40,709 bases of DNA, from the IMG/VR virus record IMGVR_UViG_3300037043_000392, positions 1-40,709 of that record. The stretch is one strand, 5' to 3'. Under the pieces are notes generated by a model. It made no database searches. It was not told where the DNA came from and saw nothing but the letters and a program-made list of their open reading frames with translations. The number at the start of each line of letters is the position of its first letter. Within the stretch, counting starts at the first letter, position 1. Of this stretch, positions 1-10,000 are shown piece after piece. Origin of the DNA: a virus. Taxonomy: Duplodnaviria > Caudoviricetes. The position numbers and the translations under genes are program-made.

Positions 1-543
1 AAAGGGAGCCGGAACCAGGAACACGCTGCGCCAGGAAAAGGTCTGGGTCAGCCATCCGCCGACCAGGGGCCCGCAGCTCAGGCCGGAATAGACCGCTGCC
101 ACCGTGATGCCCAGCACCCGGCCGCGCTCCTCCAGGGGGAAGACCGATGTCACGATCGCGATCCCCGTGGCGAAGATCATGGCGATGCCGACCCCCTGGA
201 TCACCCGGAAGACGATCAGGGCCGCCATCGACCAGGCCAGGCCCGAAAGCAGGGAGGCCAGCGTGAAGAGCAGCGTGCCGGCCATGAACACCTTCTTGCG
301 GCCGTGAATGTCGGCCAGCTTGCCGACCGGCACCAGCGCCACGGCGGCCGCGACGAGGTAGGAGGTCGCCACCCAGCTCAGCATGACGGCATCCGCCTGG
401 AAGTGGGCCCCCACGGCCGGCAGGGCGATGTTGACGGAAGAGAGCATGAAGGGGGTCAGAAAGGAGCTCAGCGAAGCGACCAGCAGCGCCGACCACCGCT
501 GGGCCTTATCCTCCGCGGTTGGTTGTGAAGAAGCGGGATTCAT
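1..543 (-). CDS. Host MFS drug:H+ antiporter (EmrB/QacA-like), N-terminal part; runs off the window edge
   Basis: Manual translation from ATG at 543: MNPASSQ...SSVNIALPAVGAHF...VPVGKLADIHGRKKVF (MFS motif A)...FRVIQGVG...EERGRVLG...GPLVGGWL. Confidence 0.9.
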   Translation of the reverse strand, partial: MNPASSQPTAEDKAQRWSALLVASLSSFLTPFMLSSVNIALPAVGAHFQADAVMLSWVATSYLVAAAVALVPVGKLADIHGRKKVFMAGTLLFTLASLLSGLAWSMAALIVFRVIQGVGIAMIFATGIAIVTSVFPLEERGRVLGITVAAVYSGLSCGPLVGGWLTQTFSWRSVFLVPAPF

Positions 544-756
544 ACGCAGCGACCCACACGGCATTAGTGTTTCGAGAAATTGAATGCACCGGCCCCGGTT
601 CGGGGTCAGGCGCAACCCGCACCCCGCGTCATCTGTGCGTGAGTCAACGAAACATAGCATATTATTGATCCGGCGACTGAAATAAATATGCCGAACCCCC
701 GCATCTCCCGCACAGGCGGAGCGGGGCGCCCGCCGCTCCACCCGGCATCGGTTCAG

Positions 757-898
757 TGTAAATTGACACACTATTTGAGTTTTTTTGACACACTAATTGA
801 GTTGAAGCAAGGGGACGGATTTTGGGAACACGAAACCTGTCCGAGATGGGTGGGAAAACTCGGGCAGGGCTATGTTTTGCGTGGCACGCTATTTGCTT
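757..898 (+). repeat. Prophage terminus with transposase-binding-like direct repeats
   Basis: TGT at 757; TTGACACACTATTTGAGT (763-780) and TTGACACACTAATTGAGT (785-802) 22 bp apart; degenerate third copy GTGGCACGCTATTTGCTT (881-898, 13/18). Flanking TTCAG (752-756) fits the Mu NYSRN target preference. Confidence 0.85.
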
Positions 899-937
899 TG
901 TAGTTTATCGAGGTTTTTCTTCTGTTTTCTCCTATTT

Positions 938-2053
938 TTAAATTTTCATCGCCTCGGACACCGGCGCTACCGCGGTCTTTGTCAACCCAAGCTTCGCCTT
1001 CTCCCGCCTGCCCCACTCCAGGCACTGCTCGACGTAATCGTTCCAGGCCGCGGCCTCTGGCGCCGGCGCGATCCGCAGCATCTTGATCTCATCGTCAACC
1101 GAGTAGCGCTCGCGGATTTTGGCGACCACCTGGGCGTTGATGGTGGCCGTCTGCGGCAGCGCCTGATCGATCTTGGCCAGAACCGGAACAAGCTGTTCTT
1201 TCAGTGCCGCGCCGTCAACCGGCGTGAACTTGATCGCGGCCGGCTGTTTGGCGAAAACCACCGTTTCAGTCGCCGCCACATAGGTCACTCCGTCGATGGT
1301 GCAAAGCTCCTTTATTTCCTCATCCTTCGACAAAACCGGAGAAACGAGCGAGAGCGTGGCAAGGGCCGCGTACTGGAAGCGGCTGCCGACGTGGAAAATA
1401 CTGTTGGCATTGACCGCCCCGTTCACTCCGTCCCTGGCGTGGGCTGCGTCGATTGCGCGATAGTAGGCGTTCGTCCCGCCGGATGCGGTCAGATCGGCGA
1501 TCGGGTTGTGTGCGGAGGAGGTCGAGATCGGGTTGCCGTTTGCAATCGACGAGGCGATCCAGCCGGTGCCGGAGGCGGCCTTCGAGGCCTTGTATTTGTC
1601 AAAGAAAAACCCCGCCTTTTCAACGCCGCCATCGATGAACGCCCGGTGCAGCGCGTAGCCCGCTGCGTTCGCGGCGGCCGTCGTGGCGAAATAATCCGTG
1701 CCCCGGATCTCGATCGTGTTGACCGGCAACACGTCGCCGTTGTGCACGAGGTAATAAAATTTCGGAACCCAAACCATCACCGACCCGTCGGCATACTGAT
1801 AGTTTCCGTAGTTGGGCGAGTATGGGTCGTCGTGGCCGGAGAGGGCGGTGAAACCTGGCGGGACAACTGGGCTTTTGCTAACCCCGAACCCCATCGTCCC
1901 GGGAGCGCCTATAACCCCGACCCCGGTGGTGATCCGCTGCGTCCGCAAATGCTTAAACGAGCTCTTGGGTGGTGGCCCTCCGAAAGCGAGGCCCGAAATT
2001 GCCAAGCACGCCGCGGCTACGAAAAACCCGATGAAAAAATTTTTCGGTCTCAT
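938..2053 (-). CDS. Signal-peptide protein resembling the N-terminal part of Mtd/C-type-lectin-fold tail adhesins, apparently fused to a small downstream-type protein
   Basis: Motifs VMVWVPKFYY, GYALHRAFIDGG, GFFFDKY; abrupt change after ...YAALATLSL to ELCTIDGVTYV...IRERYSVDDEIKMLR...WGRREKAKLGL. Confidence 0.6.
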   Translation of the reverse strand: MRPKNFFIGFFVAAACLAISGLAFGGPPPKSSFKHLRTQRITTGVGVIGAPGTMGFGVSKSPVVPPGFTALSGHDDPYSPNYGNYQYADGSVMVWVPKFYYLVHNGDVLPVNTIEIRGTDYFATTAAANAAGYALHRAFIDGGVEKAGFFFDKYKASKAASGTGWIASSIANGNPISTSSAHNPIADLTASGGTNAYYRAIDAAHARDGVNGAVNANSIFHVGSRFQYAALATLSLVSPVLSKDEEIKELCTIDGVTYVAATETVVFAKQPAAIKFTPVDGAALKEQLVPVLAKIDQALPQTATINAQVVAKIRERYSVDDEIKMLRIAPAPEAAAWNDYVEQCLEWGRREKAKLGLTKTAVAPVSEAMKI

Positions 2054-2061
2054 ATCGCCTC

Positions 2062-2529
2062 CTACCAGACCCTCATTTTGATGACGCCTTTTTTATTTGC
2101 TCCCGCGCCGGTGATGTAGGGGGAGATCGATTCGCCAAAAAGGCGGATGTAGTCTCCGTCCGAATTCAGCGGTTGGCGGCGGCGGCCGGGATCGGATTTC
2201 GCGACCGGGATGTCAGCCCCGTAGTTGATGCCGCCGGCGGCGATGACGTTCTCGCCGGAGTCCGTCCGCAGCTGGACATCATATAGATTGGTGGGCGTGG
2301 CGTCGTTGTCGGAGTCGAAAAAGAGGCTGTCCACGATTCCGTAGACGATGACCGCCCCCACTCCGGAGACGTTGCCGGAAGCATCGCTTTGCCAGGTCCA
2401 CACGATGTCCCGGTAGTCGCCCCGCGCCTCGATGACCCCCGTGCACGAGCCGGCGGCCAGGGCCGGGCGGTGATCGGTAATGCCGACGGCCAGGGCCAGG
2501 ATCGCCAGGATGATGATTCGCAGCTTCAT
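2062..2529 (-). CDS. Secreted hypothetical protein (155 aa)
   Basis: AAGGAG RBS before ATG 2529; MKLRIIILAILALAVG...PALA signal peptide; beta-rich body. Confidence 0.75.
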   Translation of the reverse strand: MKLRIIILAILALAVGITDHRPALAAGSCTGVIEARGDYRDIVWTWQSDASGNVSGVGAVIVYGIVDSLFFDSDNDATPTNLYDVQLRTDSGENVIAAGGINYGADIPVAKSDPGRRRQPLNSDGDYIRLFGESISPYITGAGANKKGVIKMRVW

Positions 2530-2543
2530 ATTGCACGCTCCTT

Positions 2544-4454
2544 TCATTTTGACACGGCGCCCGAGAATTTCAGGCCGGAGATATTTGCGCCCGTGGCCGG
2601 CACGCCGCCGCCCACCAGGTAGATCAAGTACAGGGTGTCCGCCGCGCTGTTGCTGGCGGCGTCGCTTGCCGTGGCCGTAAAACTGTTCACGCCGGTTATT
2701 TTTCTCAGGGAAACGTCGTCGAAATAGGCTGGGCTCGCGTTGGCTCCGTACAGTCGCAGGTTGACGGTGGTCCCGGTCGTCAGCTGGAACACCGTCGAAA
2801 TGGTGACCCACTGCCCCGCGAGCGCCTGGTCCTGGGCGCGGGCGTCGCCGATCGTGTTCGTGCGGGCGGCGGCGAAATCGATGAAAATCGACCCGTCCGA
2901 ATCGGTCATGTCCGAAACGTAGACCAGCGCCGATGCCCGATAATATGCGTTGGTTTCAAGGCCCGTGACGATCTGGTAGGCCTCGGACCACAAACCGTTG
3001 TCGGCGACCGAAAGCGTTTGCGCGCGACCGGCGTTGGTCCCTTGGGTCAGAATCGAGTTGTAGGGTGCCCATCCGGTCGTGGCCGAGTCGAATGTCGGGT
3101 TGGCAATCAGCTCCGGGCCGAGCGATGACGGCGCGATCACGAGGTTGGCAACCGACCACGACGCTGTTCCGGAGGCGGTGCCCGACGACGGCGTGCAGCT
3201 CGGGCAGGCCCATGTCACGGCGGCCACGCCGATGTCGTCCGCGGCCGTTCCGGCGATGGAGACGGTCCCGCCGGCGGACTCGTAGTGCGCGAGTGCGGTC
3301 GGTGAGGTGATCGCAATCGTGGGCGCGGTGGTGTCGGACCACGGGGTCGAGTCGTAGGTGATGCTGATCGTGTCGGTGGAAGTGTTGCCGGCCGAGTCGT
3401 GCGCCGTGACGACGACCGGGTTTGGGACCGTTTCGCTCTCGGTCAGCGCGATCCCGGAGATCGACCAGGAGGTCGTTCCGGAGGCGGTACCGGAGGACGG
3501 CGTGCAGGTCGTGCATGACCAGGTGACGGAGGTCACGCCCACGTTGTCCGATCCGCCGCCCGAGACGGTGATCGGAGAGGTGGCGGTCGTGTATGCCGCC
3601 GCCGATGTCGGACCCGTGATCGTGACCGTCGGGGGCGTGGTGTCCGATCCGCCGCCCGACCATCCGATCGGGCCGATCATGCGGTTTCCGGAGGCGTCGG
3701 TGGCCGAGGGGGTTTCGTTGGTGATGACGATCGAGTCGACATAGGCGGACTGGTTCTGCGGGCTGCCGCCGTTCCAGGCCGAAAACACCAGGACTTCCTT
3801 GATCGAACCGCCGGAGGCGATCGTGGTGACGCCGCTGCGCGAGTAGATCAGGACCCCGTTTTTCCAGATGCGATGGATCCCGTTACCGCCGCTGTCCGCC
3901 TTGACGTACTGCTCGTAGCACACCCAGGTCCCGCGCTCGCTGAAGAACTGGCCGGTCTGATCCATGACCCAGTCGATCTCTTCGATCGAGGCCGTAATCT
4001 CGCCGTTGCCGGTTCCGTTGCAGTTGTCCCATGAGTAGGGCGATGAGTCACAGAAGGCCAGGATATCCTTGCAGTGGGCGCCGCCGTCATTGTCGCGGAA
4101 ACGCAGGATCTTTTTATGGTAGCCCTCGGAGGCGGAAGAAAAGTCGAACCCGGACGGGAAATAGTAATAGGCGCGCACCCACAGCTCGCCGCCCTGCGTG
4201 ATGTATTGGCTGAGGGTGTATCCGCCGGTAAATGTAAAATAGTCTCCGTTGTCCCCCTGAGGGAACGTGAACTTTGCCGAGTACGAACCCTCCCGGACCT
4301 GCTCGGAGCTCTGGGTCACGGTGCTCCCTGGCCACGAGAATCCGTTCGTCCCGCTCACGCCGGATTCGAATGTGCCGTAGCGGGTGAAGGCATGCGCGCC
4401 GCTCGCGGCCAGAATGCAGGCGGCGGCTATCAATATTTTCATTTTCATTTTCAT
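2544..4454 (-). CDS. Secreted modular carbohydrate-active/adhesin protein: polysaccharide-lyase-like jelly-roll, two Ig-like repeats, CBM4/9-like domain
   Basis: Signal peptide ending AHA; ELWVRAYYYFPSGF, WVCYEQYVK, GIHRIWKNG, YVDSIVI; repeated DTT.PT..IT.PT...D.VGV..VTW; ELIANPTFDS...YFDDVSLR. Confidence 0.7.
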   Translation of the reverse strand: MKMKMKILIAAACILAASGAHAFTRYGTFESGVSGTNGFSWPGSTVTQSSEQVREGSYSAKFTFPQGDNGDYFTFTGGYTLSQYITQGGELWVRAYYYFPSGFDFSSASEGYHKKILRFRDNDGGAHCKDILAFCDSSPYSWDNCNGTGNGEITASIEEIDWVMDQTGQFFSERGTWVCYEQYVKADSGGNGIHRIWKNGVLIYSRSGVTTIASGGSIKEVLVFSAWNGGSPQNQSAYVDSIVITNETPSATDASGNRMIGPIGWSGGGSDTTPPTVTITGPTSAAAYTTATSPITVSGGGSDNVGVTSVTWSCTTCTPSSGTASGTTSWSISGIALTESETVPNPVVVTAHDSAGNTSTDTISITYDSTPWSDTTAPTIAITSPTALAHYESAGGTVSIAGTAADDIGVAAVTWACPSCTPSSGTASGTASWSVANLVIAPSSLGPELIANPTFDSATTGWAPYNSILTQGTNAGRAQTLSVADNGLWSEAYQIVTGLETNAYYRASALVYVSDMTDSDGSIFIDFAAARTNTIGDARAQDQALAGQWVTISTVFQLTTGTTVNLRLYGANASPAYFDDVSLRKITGVNSFTATASDAASNSAADTLYLIYLVGGGVPATGANISGLKFSGAVSK

Positions 4455-5167
4455 TGGTCCACCGCCTCGATGCTGGTGATGCTGGCGTTGCCCTGGTAGA
4501 TGTGCACGCCGGCCTTTCCGGTGCGTGTCTCTACCGTATGGCTCACGGCCGTGTCGGAGTCCTTCAGCGTCGCGCCCTCGTACACCTCGCAGGAGATATC
4601 GCCGTAGGAGTCTCCAGCCATAATCAGCTTTGTGGTATATTCGGCAGAGGCCGAGAACCAGGATGTGATGTCCTTGCCGGAGGCCCCGTTCAAATCGACC
4701 AGCGTGCCGCTTTCGTATGCACGCAGCACGAGATAACCGTTACCCTTGAGCTTGCACTGATACCCGTCGATGCCAGAGGAGTTGTCCCAGCGTCCGATAG
4801 CCCCAAACTCATCAGTTGAAGCCGTACCGCCCCCACAGGTCCCCGTGACCGAGACGGAGTAGGTGTTCCCCGCCGGTGCGGCGGAGTTGAATGCGACGTA
4901 TCTCGCATTGTTGTCTTCAACCTGCAGGGTGCCGTTGCTCTCAACCACTAAATAGGTAGCATCACCGCCCCAAGTACCACCGGTTTCAGGCGTATGATTT
5001 TCCAGCGGCGTGCTGGACGCTTCGGTAAACGAGTCGGACAAAAAGGTCGATCCGCCGCCCCCGCCGCTTCCCGACGATCCCGCGCCCCCCATCATGACGA
5101 CGGCCGCGAAGCCGACGACGTAAAGAAGCTGGAACAATACCGTCAGTAGACAAATTTGCTTTTTCAT
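4451..5167 (-). CDS. Secreted lectin-like/beta-sandwich protein
   Basis: Hydrophobic N-terminus, Gly/Ser linker, then FLSDSFTE...HTPETGGTW; visibly lower GC than neighbours. Confidence 0.65.
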   Translation of the reverse strand: MKKQICLLTVLFQLLYVVGFAAVVMMGGAGSSGSGGGGGSTFLSDSFTEASSTPLENHTPETGGTWGGDATYLVVESNGTLQVEDNNARYVAFNSAAPAGNTYSVSVTGTCGGGTASTDEFGAIGRWDNSSGIDGYQCKLKGNGYLVLRAYESGTLVDLNGASGKDITSWFSASAEYTTKLIMAGDSYGDISCEVYEGATLKDSDTAVSHTVETRTGKAGVHIYQGNASITSIEAVDQ

Positions 5168-5171
5168 ATCT

Positions 5172-6314
5172 TTAATTTCCGTCGGTCCAGGTGCCGCTCA
5201 ATCCGAGCGTGTACCAGGTGTTCGCCGCGCCGCAGACGAAGCAGGCGAAGTTTCCGGCTCCGGACGCGGACGTGATCTTGTCGCCGTTGGACAGCGCCGT
5301 GCCGTTCAGCACCCAATGGTCGCTCGCATTGACATCAATCGACACCGCGTTTGCTCCGGTCGAAAAGACGCAGCCGCTCATGCCGAGCGCGGCGGCCGGC
5401 AGGGTGACGGTCGCCGCGGATGTAACCAGTGTCAGGTATCCATAGGGTTCGCGGGCGCTGTCTGTCCCGAGTGTGTAGCTCGCCGATTTCGAGATCACCT
5501 TGATGATCCCGGCCGGCTCGAAGGACACGGGCTGCACGTAGGGAGTTGCCGGGGCACCGGATCCGGTCGATGCGGTCGAGTCCCAAACCATGACCGACCC
5601 CGGAACCGTCGGCCGGGCGCTCGGGAATTGCCCCCGGTAGCTCGTGTCGGTGGTGAGGGATGCGGGACCCCTCCAGCCGGCGGCGTCAAGGTCGGTCGAG
5701 TTGGCCTCATACAAACCGAGGTCCCCGGCCTGGCCGGAGACTTTGTTCTGGCTGATGGACCCGGCGCCCGTGATGTTGCCGGAGTCGTCGACGGCCACGG
5801 TCGAGCCCTGGATCGTCGCACCGCCGGTGCCGTCCGCGCGCAGCAGAATGTTGTCCACGTTGCCGGTGGTGCCGCCGATCGTCCCGGCCCCGCCGCCGGC
5901 GGCCGACAAGTCCCTCCATACCGCCGCGCCCAGCGTGGCGTCGACGCACTGGTAGACCGCGTCGTTGGTGGTGTCGATCCAGAGGCTGCCGATCGCGTAA
6001 CCGTCGCCGGTGTCCTCGTTGGCCGTCGGTGCCGCGGTGGCCGACAGGTTGGCCTTCACGACCGCAAGGATCCCGCCGCTGGTTATCTGCACAAACCCCA
6101 GCCCCGTGAGCCCGTGCGCCTTCTGAATGGCGTTCTGCAGCTGCACCTTGCGGCTGTTGGGAGACGAGGCCGGGCTGTTCTCGGTCTCGATCAGGTCGTC
6201 GCCGGTGGGGCTCGTGTCCTCGATCGGGATCGAGCCGATGTACTGTGCCGGCACGCCGATCGGTGACGCGAGCAGCAGTGCCAGGGTTAGCAAAATCAGG
6301 ATCCTGTTTTTCAT
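5172..6314 (-). CDS. Tail-fibre-like protein with an N-terminal signal peptide
   Basis: MKNRILILLTLALLLASPIGVPA; fibre-type motifs APTANEDTGDGYAIGSLWIDTT, DNILLRADGTGG, SKSASYTL...ATVTLPAA. Confidence 0.7.
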   Translation of the reverse strand: MKNRILILLTLALLLASPIGVPAQYIGSIPIEDTSPTGDDLIETENSPASSPNSRKVQLQNAIQKAHGLTGLGFVQITSGGILAVVKANLSATAAPTANEDTGDGYAIGSLWIDTTNDAVYQCVDATLGAAVWRDLSAAGGGAGTIGGTTGNVDNILLRADGTGGATIQGSTVAVDDSGNITGAGSISQNKVSGQAGDLGLYEANSTDLDAAGWRGPASLTTDTSYRGQFPSARPTVPGSVMVWDSTASTGSGAPATPYVQPVSFEPAGIIKVISKSASYTLGTDSAREPYGYLTLVTSAATVTLPAAALGMSGCVFSTGANAVSIDVNASDHWVLNGTALSNGDKITSASGAGNFACFVCGAANTWYTLGLSGTWTDGN

Positions 6315-6325
6315 GGGTTTCTCCT

Positions 6326-6667
6326 TTACGCCCGCGTGCGGCGGATTCTGGTGTCGTCCTCGACGATTTCCGTTTCGGGCCCGGCGAGCGCATTGATGGC
6401 CTGGGCCACGACGACCGCCGCCATGACGGGCCGGTCAAGCGCCGTTTTGAGTAGCGCGACGTCGGCCGCGTCGACTTCGATCGCACCCAGCGCCTCGGAG
6501 ATCCGGCTGCCGAGCGACCACAGCTTTACCGCCTGCGATCCGCTTTCGGCGCGGTACATGCCGACGTGCTCCGTCAGGACGCTTCGCAGAGTGAGCGCCT
6601 CGCCGTCCTGGTCGACAAACGGGATTTTGTTGAAATTGAGCATTTCCTGTTCCAGGTTTATCTGCAT
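6326..6667 (-). CDS. Small tail-cassette protein (possible fibre chaperone)
   Basis: 113 aa, AGGAG RBS, sits between the tail tip and fibre genes; no signal peptide. Confidence 0.65.
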   Translation of the reverse strand: MQINLEQEMLNFNKIPFVDQDGEALTLRSVLTEHVGMYRAESGSQAVKLWSLGSRISEALGAIEVDAADVALLKTALDRPVMAAVVVAQAINALAGPETEIVEDDTRIRRTRA

Positions 6668-6681
6668 GACGAATTCTCCTT

Positions 6682-7038
6682 TTAAAAACCGACCCTGATG
6701 CCGATCAGTTGATTGTGCGCCACCACGCCCAGCTCGATGCCGATGAGCCCGTACTGAAACGCCTCGCGCCAGAACCCGCGCGGCAGCACCGCCGCCACGG
6801 CCCAGCTTGCCGCCGCGCTGGCGGCGAAGTAGGCGTCGACTTCCCCCGGCGCCGGGTGGCTTCCGAGAATCGGGTTGCGCTCGTGGAATCTCTCCGGCTG
6901 CGCTGCGATCTCCCGGGTCTGCATCCAGTCCGCGGCAAGCAGAGCCGTAGCCGCGGCCTGGCGGTAGGTGTCCGCCCGGGTCCAGCCCTGGCAGCCCAGG
7001 CAGGCGATCGCTATCGCAATGAGCGCCCAGCGTCTCAC
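6682..7038 (-). CDS. Predicted lipoprotein/membrane protein
   Basis: GTG start overlapping the upstream TGA; RRWALIAIAIACLGC lipobox; ERNPILG motif; C-terminal Phe. Confidence 0.7.
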   Translation of the reverse strand: MRRWALIAIAIACLGCQGWTRADTYRQAAATALLAADWMQTREIAAQPERFHERNPILGSHPAPGEVDAYFAASAAASWAVAAVLPRGFWREAFQYGLIGIELGVVAHNQLIGIRVGF

Positions 7039-10000
7039 GCGGCCCCCTTTTCCTTCGAAAGCGTGGCGATCTTGGCGTCGAGCTGGCGGCAGGCGCCCAT
7101 TAGCAGGCTCAGCAGCACCCTGCTGGAAATGTATGGCTTGCCGTCCTCGGTGAGCGCGCGTCGCTGGTCCGTGCCCTTGGTGAGCATCCACTCCGGGACC
7201 GTGTCGTCGTCGATTATTTCAAGACCGGTCTGCGGATGGATTACTCCGCTGCTCTTGATCTTTGCGATCTCTGCCAGGTCGTCCCTATCGTCCAGGTGGT
7301 AGAGATCGGCAACATTCTGGAACTCGTCCGACCAGACATTTCGCATCGCGAGCGAATCGGACCCCAAGTCGTTCGCCTTGTGCGCGTGGTTCGTCAGCGC
7401 GCCGACGTAGGACCCCGAGATGCTGACGACCGAGAAATAAAATGCCCGCCAGCCCGCCGAGCTGTGCGTCAGTGAGATTGACATCGTCGGCGTCGAGGTC
7501 TCGGCGCTGACGAGCAGACCGACGATGTTCGAGTTGTATTCGGCGCCGGCATAGACGGAGTAATAGGAGTTGAGATAGATTCGCCGCCACAGGTAACTCG
7601 ACTCCCCGATAAAAATGCTCTTCGTTTGGTTTGCCGACGGGCGCACGTTGAAATAGAGCGCAGCGGCCGACAGGAGCTCGACGGCCCGCAGAGCGTTCGG
7701 ATCGTAGAAGTTAAGCCTGCTCGGGTTGCCCGCGGCGGAGTAGAGCCCGATGTCGCCCCCGTAATTCACTGTGATTCCACCGCCGCCGGCGATATGTAAA
7801 TTTCCACCGGAGTTTACGGTGATGCTGCCGCCGCCCGAGACCGTCAAATCTCCGCCGGATTCGATGAGCATGCCCCCGCCGTTGCGCAGCACCAGCGCGT
7901 TGGCTTTCGACGTTGACAGCTCCATCTGCGATCCGTTGAACAAGACGTAGTCAAGCGCACCGTTGCCGGCGTAAAATCTCGGGCTGCCGGCGTTGTATTC
8001 GAGTTGGATGCCGGCGGCGCCGAATGTGCGAGAGCCGATCGCTATCTGCGTCGTGGCCGAGATCTTGACCCCGGAGATGTCCGAGACGTGCAGGTCGTTG
8101 ATCGCGGCCGTCATGATGTAGGCCGAGCCGATCACCTGGTTGGCGATCGCGTTCCAGGCCTCCTGGGCCACCCCGCCAATGTTGACCGCGATGATAAAGT
8201 CCTCCTGGGGCCTCCAGTCGGAAAGCGCGCTCGGCGGGTGCGCGTCCATCGAGGAGAGCGTCGAGCCCAGGTCCTTCCAGTACACGAACCGGTTAGCGGT
8301 GCTTCCGCCCGGGATCGTGTAGCCGGCGCCGTTGTAGTAGATGATGAACGATGACCAGGAGATATATCCGGTCGAGGGCGAGTTGTTGGAGAGCGCGAGC
8401 CCCTCGGGGATGGGGATCCTGGTGAAAAGCTTGCTCGCGTTGACGGCAAAATCAGCGATGTCGGTTGCGGCGATGTTCAGGCTGCCGACGGCCCGGTCAA
8501 TGGCGGTCGCGCCGGATTCCTGGTTGAAGACGTCGACGCACACCACTTCGAAATAGATCGTGGCGTCGGCCCCGTACAACTCTTTTTGCTCTTGCGAAAT
8601 AATAAAACTGACCACATTGGTCATGGTCCGCTGCCAAGCGCCCCAGGTGCCCGACCCAACCTTGATTCGATATTGATAATGCGACAGGTCGCTGAGCGTT
8701 CCGACGCCCTCAGCCGTGTCCCTGGTTTTTCGGGCAGTTCCGTCGCGCGTGAGGCGCGCGGTGTCCGCGCGGTCCACGCGCGCGGCGTCGACCATGCCGG
8801 CCGCAGCCGTCCAATAGAATTCCACCCCGCCCATGAAAGCACGGGCTCCCAGGCCGGAGGGGTTCGAGGGGACGGGGTTCGTGAATACGGCGCTCGCGGC
8901 CGTCTCCGATACCGCAAGCTGCCGGTTGCGAGCCTTCACCTTGATCTGCACCGATGGGCGCGGACCGCCATCCACAAGGTTTTTGTCGAAATCGTACGTA
9001 TAGCGCGCCTGGGTGGGGTACTCGGTTCGCAGCAGCGTGTTGCCGTCAGCCGTGCGGACCTCGACCACGTAGTCCCTCAGCAGGATCCCGGCCGCGCCGC
9101 CGGCGGCCACCGGGGTCCACTCGACCTCCAGGTCGAACCCGGTGAACGAGGTGCCGCCACCCACCGCCTGCAGGCCGGTCACGTCTGCGGGTTTATCCGG
9201 CACGTAGTTGGTGGCCACGTTCGAAAGCTCGTACCAGTCGCTCACGGTGCCGATCGCCGAGAAGCTGCGAATCCGAATGTCGTAGGTGACGTCGTTTTGC
9301 GCCGGGAACTCGAAACTGCGGGCGCTCGCTCCCATCGCCGGCACCTCTATCCAGTTGCCGTCGTCCTCGCGGAACTGCGCCTGGAAGCCAGCGATCACAT
9401 CCGGCGGGGTCTCGTTCAGCCCCACGCTGGTCGCGACATAGGCGGTCTGCTGCGCGTCGAAGCCGACCTGCATGAAGAGCTCGAGCATGCCGTCGTCGGC
9501 CTGGCTGACCGGGTGGTACACGTAAACCGCGCTGATGATCTTCGGCACCGGCGGGGTGCGGTTTATGACCGGCGGCAGCGTGATGTTGGATTCCCACGCG
9601 GGGATCGCGCCCGAGTCGGCCGTCAGTATCGCCGGGTTGTATGGAACGCAGGTGAGGCGCGCGGTCAGGTCCGGGCCCGGCTTGATGCGCGAGACCAGGC
9701 AGTCGATGCTGATCTTGCCCGTCTCCCCGAAAAAGCAAAGATCGCCCGCCGTCGGAAGATCGACCGGGTTCATGGCGGGGGAGAAAGCGAGCGTCGTCGG
9801 CTCGCCTGCGACCGTCGTCACCGTGGCGGTCGTGAAGCTGCCGTCCGCCCTGCGGAACTGGAACCCGTAGGATTTGCCGGCCTCCATCTGGCAGACGTCG
9901 TCCACCGTGATCTGGGTGGTGGAGACGCTCTTGATGCGCATGGAGCCCAGGCCCACCATTAGTACATCGTGCGTGAGCCGGACCAGGTCCCCGCGGGTGC

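Noticed and set aside
586-745. GC-rich hairpins upstream of the MFS gene as a riboswitch
   Set aside because: No recognisable aptamer consensus; likely ordinary host hairpins.
4435-4454. (ATGAAA)3 at a gene start as a phase-variation tract
   Set aside because: Short and in frame; it only makes the start codon ambiguous.
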